Shown here piece by piece: positions 1 to 13,359 of a stretch of 64,000 nucleotides of DNA; the first letter of the stretch is position 1, and every line of letters starts with the position of its first letter. Where the stretch lies: positions 18,076,425 through 18,140,424 of the forward strand of contig NC_057720.1 of the NCBI RefSeq assembly GCF_004010195.1. The letters are read 5' to 3'. The translations under genes were made by a program, and so were the position numbers. The notes under the pieces are model-generated. The model saw only the letters and a program-made list of their open reading frames with translations, was not told where the DNA came from and made no database searches. The DNA is from Chiloscyllium plagiosum. Taxonomy: Eukaryota.

Positions 1-17
1 AACATTGAAGTTCAGAA

Positions 18-325
18 GGATCTTGGGTGGACCAGTCAAGGAACATAAGTAGTATGCTTTTTTAACTTACAGTTTCTACAAGGTGATAGGAGTACAAGAA
101 TAAACTTACCTTGTTGCATTTGTATATAGCTTTTGTAATCCCACCTTGAATAATATGTGCAATTTTTGTCTTCGTATTTATGAATAATATATTTGAATTG
201 GAGCAGTTCATCAGAAGTTCATGAGATTTGGGGTGAAACAATTGCCCCACAAGAGTAGACTAAGTAAACTGGACTTATTCTCTCTGGAGTTTAGAAGAAT
301 GAAACATGATATAATTGAAATACAA
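18..325 (+). repeat. 308-bp direct repeat, copy 1 (decayed CR1 ORF2 3' sequence)
   Basis: Near-identical to 2732-3039; I see two substitutions. The ORF track gives almost identical peptides at 62..250 and 2776..2964. Confidence 0.95.
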
Positions 326-719
326 CTGGAGGAAAGCTAGTTTTCCAGTTCTCCAGTTTTTTTTGCTCATTCAATTAGCCTGCCTTCATCTCCACATGGT
401 AAACACAAAGAGGCTGCAAAAAGATAGGTCCTTGATAAACAAGGGGTGCAAGGTAATTGGAGGTAGATAGGAATGTGGAGTAATCAGGATCTGGTTAAGT
501 GACAGAGTAGCTTGAAGGAGATGATAAGCCTGCTGCTCCTACTTCATATATTCATGTTCATATGCTCACAGCTTGTATTCACACCTAGCTTTGTACCATT
601 AGCAAACTTAGATGCATTTCTCTCTGTTTGTTTGTCTGAGTTATTAATTTAGATTATGATGTTGACTCTTAACTATCACTGGGCCATTAGGGATCAGCAA
701 TAAACACTGGCCTGCCAGT

Positions 720-962
720 GACCTAAAGGGCAATTTTTCATGCAATGGGTGGTGCATGTATGAATTGAGCTGCCAGAGGAAGTGGTGGAAGTTAATACAA
801 TTACAACATTTAACAGGCATCTGGATGCATACATGAAAGAAAGGATTTAGAGGGATATGAGCCAAATGCTGGCAAATGGGACTAGATTAATTTAGGATAT
901 CTGGTCGGCATGGACAAGTTGGGCCAAACGGTCTGTTTCCATGCTGTGCAATTCTATGTCTC
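720..962 (+). mobile_element. CR1 LINE 3' end fragment
   Basis: Typical tail (gagctgccagaggaagtggtgga...ggtctgtttccatgctgt), homologous to the minus-strand CR1 tail at 57100-57300. Confidence 0.8.
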
Positions 963-2244
963 AATATTCCCTCCAGATTATATACAGTACACATAATTCA
1001 CCACCGTGTCATTTAAAATTAGCTTTCCTGAAAATCTGCATTTCATATTTTGCTCCAATTCTAAATCAGAATGCCACATGTGATAATGTGACAGTTGCTA
1101 GCATTCAAGTGGTTTCAATGCCTCTAATTTCCAACACCATCTCTCACTAATATACAATACCCTTCTTTTTGAATATACTGTGAAGTAGTACTCCTACATT
1201 ACTGTTTGAATCATTAACCATATTAAGTTGTTATAAAGCAAATAATCATTCAGAAAAGTGTCCTTATAGCTCTGATTGCATCTTAATCTAGTGCACATTA
1301 GTAGTCTCATTCGATTTTAAAGTTGCACTCAGCGCATCTCTAATGAATGGGTTAAATACACTATCTTAGAACCTATGGATTCCTTCACTCTGGCTTGATC
1401 TCTTCTTGCACCACAGGTCTTTGCATTTGGTAAATGAAAAGGAAACCACATCCTATGTTCTCACAAGGTTTTCTATCTTCTGGATTCTGCTATGTGTTTA
1501 AATGGAACCTGCATTTATTTTCAAAGTCATTTTGTATGTAGGTTAAAATTTGATTTTACACTAACCAGCTACATATTTCATGAAGGTGAGGTACAAATAT
1601 TATATGCTACAATTTGTTAACTACTCTGAATATGAATGTTTTTTTTCTCACCAGTCCCTTCTGATATCCCAGAGGAATCTACTTTAGGTCTCCATCAGTC
1701 CCAACTGAATCATATTCAAAACGGTATCCTGGGGAAATTTATTTTGCTAACTTGCTGTCCACTGAGAGGAGAAGTGTGGGAGGTCATTTTAACACCCAAG
1801 GGTGGCTGGGTGGAGACTAAAATTTGGCAAGTCAGAAATCTATTCTCAACTCACCCTAAATGTGTCAACCTGTGGTTGAAACAGATATTTGAGAGTTAGG
1901 CAGCTAAGCAGAGGTGAGCCAATAAATTAAATACTCTAAATGAGATTGATTGCCTTGACTTTAAAAAGCTGTTAAAAAAAAAGTAGATTGTAAGTGCTGT
2001 GGGCTGAGCTTTCCAGGAATTGGCAATTCAGCAGCTGATTGAAGATGCAAAGGGCCAGATCTAGCAGATTTTGACTTATTAGGTGCCCAAGTTAATAGTG
2101 CAGGTGGAGTGGAATGTTACCCACAATTCTCACAAACTACATGGTCTCCTCTCTCATCACTATGGCACATCCTAACACCACCATGATTTGGAACTATCAC
2201 CGTATTCTAACAGATGAAGGGCTTAATAGACAATCAATTTTTCA

Positions 2245-2410
2245 ATGCATAATTTCAGTTACATCACACTGTAAATTTTTGCTATAAATTCTGTGTTACG
2301 ATCGAGCCCTCCACTATCACCTGGTAAAGGAGCGTCGCTCCGAAAGCTAGTGTGCTTCCAATTAAACCTGTTGGACTATCACCTGGTGTTGTGATTTTTA
2401 ACTTTGTAAC
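2245..2410 (+). mobile_element. Short Penelope-type terminal repeat with degenerate hammerhead motif
   Basis: cacCTGGTAAaggagcgtcgctccGAAAgcTAgtg; same family as 23660-23810. Confidence 0.6.
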
Positions 2411-2731
2411 ACCACATAATATCAGAGCCCCTGACTCCAAAGTTATGGTTCAGAATCATCAAAAATATAAATTAGGAGCAGGGATAAACATTCATCCCCC
2501 TTTCAAGCCTCCTCCCTCATTCGGTTTGATCATGGTTGGTCATTCAACTTGGTATCCTATTTCTGCTTTCTGCCCATACGTTTTAATCCCTTTAGCCCTA
2601 AAAAGTGTATCTCTCTCCTTCATGAAAACATCCAGTGTTCTGGCCTCAAGTTCTTTCCATGGCCAAGAATTCCACAGGCTCACCACTCTCTGGGTGCAGG
2701 CATTCCTCCTCAACTCAGCCCAAAATGGCCT

Positions 2732-3039
2732 GGATCTTCGGTGGACCAGTCAAGGAACATAAGTAGTATGCTTTTTTAACTTACAGTTTCTACAAGGTGA
2801 TAGGAGGACAAGAATAAACTTACCTTGTTGCATTTGTATATAGCTTTTGTAATCCCACCTTGAATAATATGTGCAATTTTTGTCTTCGTATTTATGAATA
2901 ATATATTTGAATTGGAGCAGTTCATCAGAAGTTCATGAGATTTGGGGTGAAACAATTGCCCCACAAGAGTAGACTAAGTAAACTGGACTTATTCTCTCTG
3001 GAGTTTAGAAGAATGAAACATGATATAATTGAAATACAA
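2732..3039 (+). repeat. 308-bp direct repeat, copy 2; the old CR1 continues to about 3520
   Basis: Offset 2714 from copy 1. Downstream sequence continues as a CR1 3' end (aaatttcttcattcaacggattgtgaatc). Confidence 0.95.
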
Positions 3040-3298
3040 TGAGTTTGATAAAGTAGATAATCAGAGGTTATTTTCTTGTTCTAGTTTCTCCAAACTAGTT
3101 TCAGGGTAAAAGGTTTACTATTTTAAGATTTAAATAAGGAGAAATTTCTTCATTCAACGGATTGTGAATCTTTGCAATTCCATACCCAAGAGTGCTGCAG
3201 ATGCTTCATTGTTGATTATATTTCAAGCTGTGATAGACAGATTTTTGACTCTCTGGGAACCAATTATGTGCAACGTGAGCAGGAGAGTAATGTTAAAG

Positions 3299-3431
3299 TG
3301 TTTCCTGAAGAAGGGCTTATGCCCGAAATGTCGAATCTCCTGCTCCTTGGATGCTGCCTGACCTGCTGCGCTTTTCCAGCAACACATTTTTCAGCTCTAA
3401 TCTCCAGCATCTGCAGTCCTCACTTTCTCCC
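3299..3431 (+). mobile_element. Penelope-derived mini-element with minimal hammerhead motif, inserted in a CR1 tail
   Basis: ttc-CTGAAGA-a-gggc(ttat)gccc-GAAA-tg-TC-gaa at 3302-3335. Target-site duplication agta(a/g)tgttaaag at 3286-3298 and 3432-3444. Confidence 0.75.
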
Positions 3432-3639
3432 AGTAGTGTTAAAGCCCAACATCAGCTATGATTATATTGTATGACACAGCAGTTCTAATGGATATATGGT
3501 CTATCCTGCACCAATTCTTTATGAAATGTTTCTCCATAGGTAACACAAACAGTAAGGGGAAATGGAAAGGAAAACGTTATCACCTTTTGGGCATTGGAAG
3601 GATGGATGATAATATTAAGAATACCTGAAAAATGTCCCT

Positions 3640-5380
3640 ACACTTGTAGTCTTTTGTGGGACATGGACATTGCTGACAAGATTAACATTTGTTGTAATTA
3701 TCTAATGGCTCTAATCATCCTTGAGGAAGTAGTTATTCAGCACATTCTCAAACTGCTGCAGTGTTAGGGAAGGAGTTTCAGAATTTGGATCAAATAACAA
3801 AGAAACAGACATATTGTTCCAAGTCAAGATGTCATGTGGCTTGCAGGGAAAGATGGTGATATTTCCTTGTCCCCGTTGTACACAAAGGTGGCAAAGACTA
3901 CGTGTTTGGAAGGTGCTGCTGAAACAGCTGCAGCAAGTGGTTGCAGTGCAACTTGCAGCTAGCACACTCAGCAACTACACTGTTAGAGATGAACAGAGTT
4001 AATGTTCAAATTGTGGACGGGCCAATCAAGCAGACTACTTTGACCTTCCTGAAGAAGGGCTTATGCCCGAAATGTCGATTCTCCTGCTCCTCGAATGTTG
4101 CCTGGCCTGCTGTGTTTTTCCAGCACCACATTTCTCAACTTTGGTGGTATTAAGTCATGTCATTGCTCCATTTATCAAAGCAAGTAAAGAATATTTAATC
4201 ACATTCCTAACTAGTGTCATGCAAATGGTGGAAAGACTTTGGGGAGTTGTCAGATTGCACAAATACCCAGATTCTAAAATGCTTGTGCAAACAATATTTA
4301 ATGTGGCTGATCCAGTTACAGTTCTGGTCGTGGATCACTCAAGATGTTGATGATGGTCGATTTACCAATAGTGATGCCCTGAACATCAAGGAGAACTTAA
4401 AATTATTCAAACATTGTCATTGCCTGGTACGTGTGTGAATATTACTTGGCATGTATCAGCTCATGAATATGGCTGCAAGAGGGGACACCCATTGCTTCAG
4501 GACCTAAGGAGTTGCGAATTGAACACTACACAATCAGCAGCAAACATTCCCACTGCTGACCTTAATGGATGAATGGTCATTGATGAAGTTGCTAGTTTAG
4601 CCTTGGGCCTTGGACACCACCTTGAGATCACCATTCCTTCTAGGCTCCACAATCCAAGGTTTTGAGCATAGCGAAGGGGGTGCTGACATGTTTTGCAGCA
4701 TTGACTTCATTTTTGGGAAGACACTGCCTTGTATGGACCTTGGAAGTTCATGCGAACAAAAGCAAATGAGTAAAAATACTGCCTGCGATACTGCTGCAGT
4801 GATATTCTGAGTTTTAAATGTCTGGCCCTTAACAACAACCATCTTCCTTGATGCCAATTTGACTCCAGCCAGGGGAGAATTATCTCCAGTTACCACTGAT
4901 CTCAACTTTAGTGGTGCTGCATTTGGTCAAACGCTGTCTTGATGTCAAGAGCAGTCACTCACATCTCCTCATGCAATTTCTTTGTCCCTATTTGAACAAG
5001 ACTGTGATGAGGTTTGGAGCCATATAATAGAGCATGAGTGAGTGGGTTATTGATGGGTACTGCTTTACAGTAACACCAGAACTTCTTCCAGCACTTTTCT
5101 GACTGATTGAGAGTAGGTTAATGGCATAGTAACTGACCAGATTGCATTTGTCCTGATTTTTGCAAACAGCAGGGCAATATTCCTTTCTGGTGGTTAGGTG
5201 TCGGTTTTACAGTTGTACTGAATCAGCTGAGATAAAAGTACGTTTAGTTCTGTAGCTGTAATGGTGAAGACCTTTGCTATGATGTGGCCAAGCATATAGA
5301 TTTAGCCCTATTCAATCTTTCAGCTGTTTCTTGAATATTATGTGGAGTGAGTAGGATCAACTGAAACAAGCTTCTGTGAA
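3640..5380 (-). mobile_element. Old decayed non-LTR retrotransposon (CR1/L2-group, family uncertain), with a Penelope mini-element nested at about 4045-4140
   Basis: Homologous to 20690-21900 and 43050-44490 (e.g. ttccaagtcaagatg, aacattcccactgctgaccttaatg). Confidence 0.6.
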
Positions 5381-6991
5381 AAATCAGCATGCGTGCTGAC
5401 AGAAGGAAAGGTAAAAATTTGGATCAATAATTTTCATTTCAAAACACATACTATGTTCTCACAGATAGCCCAGTGAACTTAACGACGAAATGAGAGTAAT
5501 ATTCAAATCATTTAAAATAGAGTACTATAATATTATAAAGATACAGAAGCAGAAAAGGATAACCTAAATTACTTGGGTCATTGTAGAAACAGAAGAGACT
5601 AGGATTTAAATTTTGCAAAAACCAGCAGGAAATTGCACTAGAGTTTGTCATTTAAAAAGATAATGCATTGAAGTCAAATTGATTTCTGAAAAGCAAGACA
5701 TTCCTGACTGCATAATTGGAATGAATTGATAAATCAGGTTTCAGATAAAAGATAGTTAACAAGATTTGTCAGAAAAGTTGCAAACGCGCTGTTAATAAAG
5801 ATAGTCTTAATTCTAATCAGGCATGAGAAATCAGTTCAACAGTGTCAGGGAGAATATGTCTCTGTTAACACGTTGAGTGATTTCATAATACTGTATGAAA
5901 TAAACAAGATGTTCACAGAAAATGGCTACCACTTAGAGTGAATCTACAATAATAGGCATTTATTTGACAATTTTAAAGTAAAACTGGTCACAAGGCATTC
6001 CAATGGGGCATTATCAAACATTTTTAACACCAAGCCATGAGGTGAGGGAAGATGAGTTTTAAGTAAAGCCATGAAGGAGGAATGAGAAGGAGAGGGGAAA
6101 ACAAGTTCATAGAACATTACAGCGCAGTACAGGCCTTTCAGCCCTGCTGCACGGACATTTGGAACCAATCTGAAGCTCATCTAACCCACACGACTCTATT
6201 CCCATCCATATGTTTATCCAATGACCATTTAAATGCCCTTAAAGTTGGTGAGTCTACAACTGTTGCAGGCAGTGCGTTCCATGCGCCTACTACTGAGTAA
6301 AGAGACTACCTTTGACATCTGAACTATATTTATCACCCCTCAATTTAAAGCTATGTCTCCTTATGCTAGCCATCACCACCTGAGGAAATAGGCTCTCCCT
6401 GTCCACCCTATCTAACCCTCTGATTATCTTATATGTCTCAATTAAGTCACTTCACAATCTTCTTCTCTCTAACGAAAACATCCTCAAGTCCCTCAACCTT
6501 TCCTCATAAGACCGTCGGTCCATACCAGGCAACGTCCCAGTAAATCTCCTCTGAAGCCTTTCCAAACTTCAACGTCCTTCCGATAATGTGTTGACCAGAA
6601 TTGTACGCAATACTCCAAATGTGGCTGCACCAGAGTTTCGTACAGCTGCAGCATGACCTCGTGGCTCCAAAACTCAATCCCTCTACCAATAAAAGCTAAC
6701 ATACTGTACACCTTCTTAACAACCCTATCAATCTGGTTGGCAACTTTCAGGGATCGATGCACGTGGACAAAGAGATCCCTCTGCTCATCTACACTACCAA
6801 GAATCTTACCATTAGCCCAGTACTCAGCATTCCTGTTACTCCTTCTGAAGTGTATCACCTCACACTTTTCCGCATTAAATTCCATTTGTCACCTCTCAGT
6901 CCAGCTCTGCAGCTTATCTATGTCCCTCTGTAATCTGCTACATCCTTCAGCACTATCCACAATTCTACCAACCTTAATGTCATCTGCAAAT

Positions 6992-8618
6992 GTCAACCTT
7001 AATGTCAAGGATAGTAGTGGGAAGTTGCGTGTGGAGGCTGAAGAGATTGGGGAGACACAGAATGAATACTTTTCGTCAGTATTCACGCAGGAACGGGACA
7101 TTGTTGCCAATGTGAATATTGAGTCACAATTAATTAGAATGGACGGCTTTGAGGTATGTAGGGAAGAGGTGTTGGAAATTCTGGAAAGGGTGAAAATAGA
7201 TAAGTCCCCTGGGCCTGATGGCATTTATCCTAGGATTCTCTGGGAAGCAAGGGACGAGATTGCAGAGCCATTGGCCTTGATTCTTATGTCCTCNNNNNNN
7301 NNNNNNNNNNNNNNNNNNNNNNNNNNNNNNNNNNNNNNNNNNNNNNNNNNNNNNNNNNNNNNNNNNNNNNNNNNNNNNNNNNNNNNNNNNNNNNNNNNNN
7401 NNNNNNNNNNNNNNNNNNNNNNNNNNNNNNNNNNNNNNNNNNNNNNNNNNNNNNNNNNNNNNNNNNNNNNNNNNNNNNNNNNNNNNNNNNNNNNNNNNNN
7501 NNNNNNNNNNNNNNNNNNNNNNNNNNNNNNNNNNNNNNNNNNNNNNNNNNNNNNNNNNNNNNNNNNNNNNNNNNNNNNNNNNNNNNNNNNNNNNNNNNNN
7601 NNNNNNNNNNNNNNNNNNNNNNNNNNNNNNNNNNNNNNNNNNNNNNNNNNNNNNNNNNNNNNNNNNNNNNNNNNNNNNNNNNNNNNNNNNNNNNNNNNNN
7701 NNNNNNNNNNNNNNNNNNNNNNNNNNNNNNNNNNNNNNNNNNNNNNNNNNNNNNNNNNNNNNNNNNNNNNNNNNNNNNNNNNNNNNNNNNNNNNNNNNNN
7801 NNNNNNNNNNNNNNNNNNNNNNNNNNNNNNNNNNNNNNNNNNNNNNNNNNNNNNNNNNNNNNNNNNNNNNNNNNNNNNNNNNNNNNNNNNNNNNNNNNNN
7901 NNNNNNNNNNNNNNNNNNNNNNNNNNNNNNNNNNNNNNNNNNNNNNNNNNNNNNNNNNNNNNNNNNNNNNNNNNNNNNNNNNNNNNNNNNNNNNNNNNNN
8001 NNNNNNNNNNNNNNNNNNNNNNNNNNNNNNNNNNNNNNNNNNNNNNNNNNNNNNNNNNNNNNNNNNNNNNNNNNNNNNNNNNNNNNNNNNNNNNNNNNNN
8101 NNNNNNNNNNNNNNNNNNNNNNNNNNNNNNNNNNNNNNNNNNNNNNNNNNNNNNNNNNNNNNNNNNNGTGCAGAGGAGGTTTACCAAGATGTTGCCTGGT
8201 ATTGTAGGAAGATCGTATGAGCTAAGGCTGAGGCACTTGGGGTTGTTTTCATTGGAGAAAAGAAGGTTTGGGGTGACTTGATAGAGGTGTACAAGATAAT
8301 TAGGGGTTTAGATATGGTTGACCATGAGAACCTTTTTCCATGTATGGAGTCAGCTATTACGAGGGGGCATAGTTTTAAATTAAGGGGTGGTAGGTATAGG
8401 ACAGGTGTTAGTGGTAGATTCTTTACTCAGCGAGTCGTGAGTTCATGGAATGCCCTGCCAGTAGCAGTGGTGGACTCTCCCTCTTTATGGGCATTTAAAC
8501 GGGCATTGGATAGGCATATGGAGGATAGTGGGCTAGTGTAGGTTAGGTGGGCTTGGATCGGCGCAACATCGAGGGCCAAAGGGCCTGTACTGCGCTGTAT
8601 TTTTCTATGTTCTATGTT
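6992..8618 (+). mobile_element. 5'-truncated CR1 LINE spanning an assembly gap
   Basis: DKSPGPDGIYPRILWEAR before the gap; VQRRFTKMLPG and a (tctatgt)n tail after it. Continuity across the Ns is inferred. Confidence 0.8.
7294..8166. other. Assembly gap
   Basis: Run of N. Confidence 1.
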
Positions 8619-8901
8619 CTAAATTTACTAACTCATCTTTCTACGCCCTCATCTAGGTTATTTATGAAAATGACATACAGCAGTGGTTCCAAAACAGATC
8701 CCTGCGGTACACCACTAGTAACTGAACTCCAGGATGACATTTCCCATCAACCACCACCCTCCGTCTTCTTTCAGCTAGCCAACTTCAGATCCAAACCAGT
8801 AAATTACCCTCAATCCCATGCCTTCATACTTTGCGCAATAACCTATTGTGGGAAACCTTATCAAACACCTTACTGAAATTCATATACACCACATCAACCG
8901 G

Positions 8902-9211
8902 TTAGATTAGATTACTTACAGTATGGAAACAGGCCCTTCGGCCCAACAAGTCCACACTGACCCTCCGAAGAGCAACCCACCCAGACCCATTCCCCTACAT
9001 TTACCCCTTCACCTAACACCACGGGCAATTTAGCATAGCCAATTCACCTAACCTGCACATTTTTGGACCATGGGAGGAAACTGGAGCACCCAGAGGAAAC
9101 CCACGGGGAGAATGTGCAAACTCTACACAGACAGTTGCCTGAGGTGGGAATTGAACCCGGGTCTCTGGCGCTGTGAGGCAGCAGAGCTAACCACTATGCC
9201 ACCATGCCGCC
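8902..9211 (-). mobile_element. tRNA-derived SINE (HE1-like elasmobranch SINE)
   Basis: Minus strand starts ggcggcatggtggcatagtggttagc...gggttcaattccc (Pol III A/B boxes) and ends in a CR1-like tail with (tctaa)n. Confidence 0.85.
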
Positions 9212-10978
9212 CTCATCCACCTGTTTGGTCACCATCTCAATGAAGTCAATACGGTTTGTGAGGCACAACCTACCCTTCACAAAACCGTGTTGACTATCCC
9301 TAATCAATTTATTCCTCTCCTGTTGATTATAAATCCCATCTTTTATAACCTTTTCCAACACTTTACCAACACCAAAGTAAGGCTCACTGGTCTATAATTA
9401 CCATGGCTGTCGCTAGCCCCCCTTCTTGAACAAGGGAACAACATTTCCTATCTTCCAGTGTTCTGGCACTATTCCTGTGGACAATGACAACAAAGATCAA
9501 AGCCAAAGGCTTGGCAATCTCCTCCTTGGCTTCCCAAAGAATCACAGGATAAATCCCATCCACCCCAGGGGACTTATCTATTTCCAGAATTGCTAACATC
9601 CTTGCAAATGTCAATCCCGTCTAGTCCGTAGTCTGTATCTCAGTATTCTCCTTGTCAACATGTTCTTTTTCCAGTATGAACACTGATGAAACTATTCATT
9701 AAGCGCTTCCCTATCTCCTCTGATTCCATGCAGAACTTCCCACTACTATCCTTGATTGGCGTGACTCTTACTTGAGTCATTCTTTTATTCCTGATAAACC
9801 TCTAGAAAGGCTTGGAAAGGCAATTCCAGAGATTAGGGACTTTGCAGGCGAATTCACAATGCCAATGGTGGAACAAAGAAAAATGTGCACAAAAAGAATA
9901 ACTCAGGAGTGTTATAGAATACTCTTCAGTTGTTTGGATAAAGGCAGCTCCGATAATGCTCACAAAGGTCATCATCACCCAGGACAAAGCAGTCTGCTTG
10001 ACTGGCAACACGTCTAAAGCCAACATTAACTCCCTCCCCGACAAACACACAGTTGCAGCAGTGTGTGTCATATACAAAATACACTATCAGTCACCAAGCT
10101 CCTCTGACTCAACGTTCCAAATTCATGAAATCAACCAGATCAATGGTAACGCCATCTGTTCAAGTCAAAATCTGAAATGGGTCAAAATCTAGGAATCCTC
10201 CATTCTCTCCCCACCACCCCCCCCCCCACCCACGTTTCAAGATTCCAGGTGAAGGGCTCTTGCCCAAAATGTCAATTCTCCTGTTCCTTGGATGCTGCCT
10301 GATCTGCTGTGCTTTTCCAGTACCCCACTCTCGCCTATGAAGAGAAAGCAAAGTTGACGTTTTGAGTCCAGTGACTCTTCATCAGTGACTCTGGGGTAAA
10401 CTGAAATTCACAGAACATAAAGTTTAAAAAAAATCTGTCCATCTATATACTTGTATCATCCCTAGCATCAAGTTTAAGTGATCAATTAAAAAGGAAAAAG
10501 CTGCAAACAGCAGAAATCCAAAATAAAAACAGAAAATGCTCGGAACCTACAGTAGGTTAGTCAACATCTTTAAAGAGGAAAGGAGGAAATTATTTTGTTT
10601 TAGGTCTACAACCTTTGTAAGGACAGGTTGCTGGAGTTGCAGCCTGACATGGCTGGCATCTTGATAAGGTATGCACCTCAAACTTAAACAAACTGCTTAC
10701 CTTGCAAGTTCCTGATTGGATGCACAGCTTCCTCTTGGGCTATCAATATTACGTCATAATAAAAGCGACATATACCTTTTTCTTGCAATACCTAACCAAG
10801 AGGTCCCTTGTGGAAAAGAGTCAGTGTTCTTTTGTCTCAATTTCAATAAATAACTGGGTTAATGTCACCTAAAATTGGCGATGACACACCAGCCATGACG
10901 ACTTTGATCTCTAGGCAGAGGAGCACCACCCTTAGAATCAGTTACTTTAGCAATTCAAGCAAAGATGATAATTCGGTA

Positions 10979-11002
10979 GTGTGTGTGTGTGTGCGCGCGC
11001 GC
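10979..11002. repeat. (GT)n(GC)n alternating purine-pyrimidine microsatellite
   Basis: gtgtgtgtgtgtgtgcgcgcgcgc. Confidence 0.9.
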
Positions 11003-12379
11003 CTTTATGCTCTGGCATGTAAATACATATTCATTCTGGAGAGCTAATATTTACAGATCAATTGTAGCATGACAGATTTTCACCAAAATACATCTGCAGA
11101 ACTTAGTTTTGTTCACTTCAAAATCTGATGAGGAAAAAAATGCAGCATACACTACAATAAGTAATCATACCTTAAAGAAAAGGCAAACTCTTATTTTACA
11201 CTAAATCATTTAACACCAATTTAGTGATCTTACAGTGCACAAAATGCAAAATTTCAAACTATATTCTACGATGAAACATGATTCCTGATGTGAAAAAGAA
11301 GTTACTTGGCACCAAGAAGCTCTTGCACCAAAATCAGTCTAGTTCACTCAGCATATAATTCTAAGAATAAAGGTCCACATTAATCACAGTTTGCGCTTGC
11401 AGCTGGTTCCCAGTTAAGTTATATAGGAACCAATCTCCATATTAGGTTTCTCTTGTGATGAATCAGCAGGACTAGGAAGTGAGAAACTTTCAGAGATTTC
11501 AGGACTACTTGTGTTTGATCAGGACTGGCTACACGCTGCCAAACTTCCCAAAGCTTGCAGTGTTGTAACGTGAGCTTTGACATGATGTTTGAAGTTATAC
11601 ATCAAATAAGGAACTACTTGCAAATCCACTCATTTCAGCATCATTGTATCATGTTTAGCAAAATGTTTAGACACATATGGTGAATAAGCAGACTTTTGCA
11701 TGAAAAAGTCCTGAGACTAAATTTTTACTGGTAAGGCAAATCGATATGACAACAGAGATTTGTTATTTTATGTACAAATAATAAGCTGGTGGCAAAATAA
11801 ACTGACAGATCCAATCATAATTTGTGCAATCAAGTCTAAATGCCACAGTGACAGCAAATTAGTTGTTCATACGCTTTCTAATGTGAAAGTTTAAAAAGAC
11901 AAGGAATGTAGTTAAGCGTTTAACTAGAACTTATTCTTAATCATCACTTCTACGCTATGGTATTTATTATGTAAATTGCTTCCTAGTGATCATGAGCCAA
12001 CAGCTCCTCCTGTGCTTCTGGAATTGTATTTGCTGCACAGATGCTTCTATGAAAACCAGAATCACAATGTTAATTTTTCAAAAGTAACTTTTTCATGCTA
12101 ATCCAATCAATAATTTCGTCCAGAGTTGAATAGCTATCTAATTTTGTTGTCTCATCGTACCCATCTTGCTCACTGCAGAAATCCTTCAATTGAGTATCAT
12201 CATTCAATTTCAGGTAAAAAGACAAGGTTCTGGTGGTGGCTCAGTTGGACGTGCACCAGATTTTCAAGGGGGTCTTCAGGCCTGGGTTCAAGTAATGCAA
12301 CATCTCTGGAGCAGGACATGGCTGAACAGGTTGGGATCAGAAGAGCAAAAACTTTAATTCGAAAAATGGGTGAAAAGGG

Positions 12380-13030
12380 ACAATGAGAATGATAATTCCT
12401 CGTCCTAATTTGTCGAGGTATTTACATTTAGAGCCTGAATTCAGTGAGGAAGGAACTAAAATGTATTTTGAGAATGAAACAAAGCATCTATGGGAGAAGG
12501 CACGAACAGCAGTCTACAAGTTTTCTCACAAGCTTATTAGTAATGAGTCTTGTTTGGAAATGTTCAGAAAGTGGAAAGATATTTGAACAGATCCTGATGG
12601 CAAAATGGCAAGGGGGAAGAAATAGACCTGCCTCAGAGTAGTAGAGACAGTCTAGAAGTTTACAGAGATTTAAATATCCTGTTATTTTTGTCATAAGGAC
12701 GGACATGGGAAGGCTGAATGTTGGAAATTAAAAATCAAAACAATGGCATTTGTTCGAGTGCACTGCACCCCTTTAGAAAATAGCATGCCGGTGAGTAAAA
12801 AGATCATCATACCGGTCAGCTCTCTTGCATTAATTACTAAGATGGAATGGCATATGGGAAATTAAGGAAAATTTTCAGTTTGAAGATGAAGGTATTGTGT
12901 CATTCTTGTTCAGTAAGGCAAGGAAACAGATTGCAATTCCCATAGATAGAGCAGCACAATCACTAACATTCCTCTCCAGAAAATTCAATAAATAAAAACA
13001 TATTGATATAGGGGATTGATGGAAATTGTC
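12380..13030 (+). mobile_element. Decayed Gypsy-like LTR retrotransposon gag-protease remnant
   Basis: 12680-12721 translates CYFCHKDGHGKAEC, a CX2CX4HX4C zinc knuckle. It is followed by an eroded protease-like segment (IAIPIDRAAQSL, compare ILRDTGASQSL). Confidence 0.6.
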
Positions 13031-13359
13031 TACCTATTTCATTGAACAGAGTCAATTTAAAATTAACAGCTTTACAATTGTTCATACCTTCCTCGTTGAT
13101 ATTATACATATTTTAAATTAGGAAATGACAAAACTCTGCATGGTGTATTGCTATTATCAGGGTTTTAGAAAATAAAACAGCTGCGAAAACAAGACAAACA
13201 TAGTGACTTAAAAGTGTCCACAACTTTCCATACCCGTGTTACAAAAAATATTCTCATCACTAAAAATGTGTCCAAAATGTCAGAAATTTAACCTCTTAAT
13301 CTTAAAATCACATTGCAACAGAAGACTTATACCAGAGAGTTAAAAGGTACTTGGGTTTG

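Larger units (their letters stand above)
6100..9815 (-). mobile_element. CR1 LINE ORF2 remnant, interrupted by a plus-strand CR1 (6992-8618) and a SINE (8902-9211)
   Basis: ORF pieces MEFNAEKCEVIHF...HLEYCVQFWS, FADDIKVG and DKSPGVDGIYP. The sequence at 6991 (tcatctgcaaat) resumes near 8621 (aaatttactaac). Confidence 0.9.

Noticed and set aside
6653..8281. 542-aa and 320-aa ORFs (also the 192-aa ORF at 56367..56945)
   Set aside because: Their length comes from N runs; the real parts are CR1 or Penelope fragments.
10694..10790. Strong minus-strand donor (AAG|GTAAGC) suggesting an EVI5 exon
   Set aside because: Upstream translations do not resemble EVI5 and I found no convincing acceptor.
12230..12295. 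tRNA-like sequence (also the heads of the other SINEs)
   Set aside because: No complete cloverleaf; these are SINE Pol III heads, not tRNA genes.
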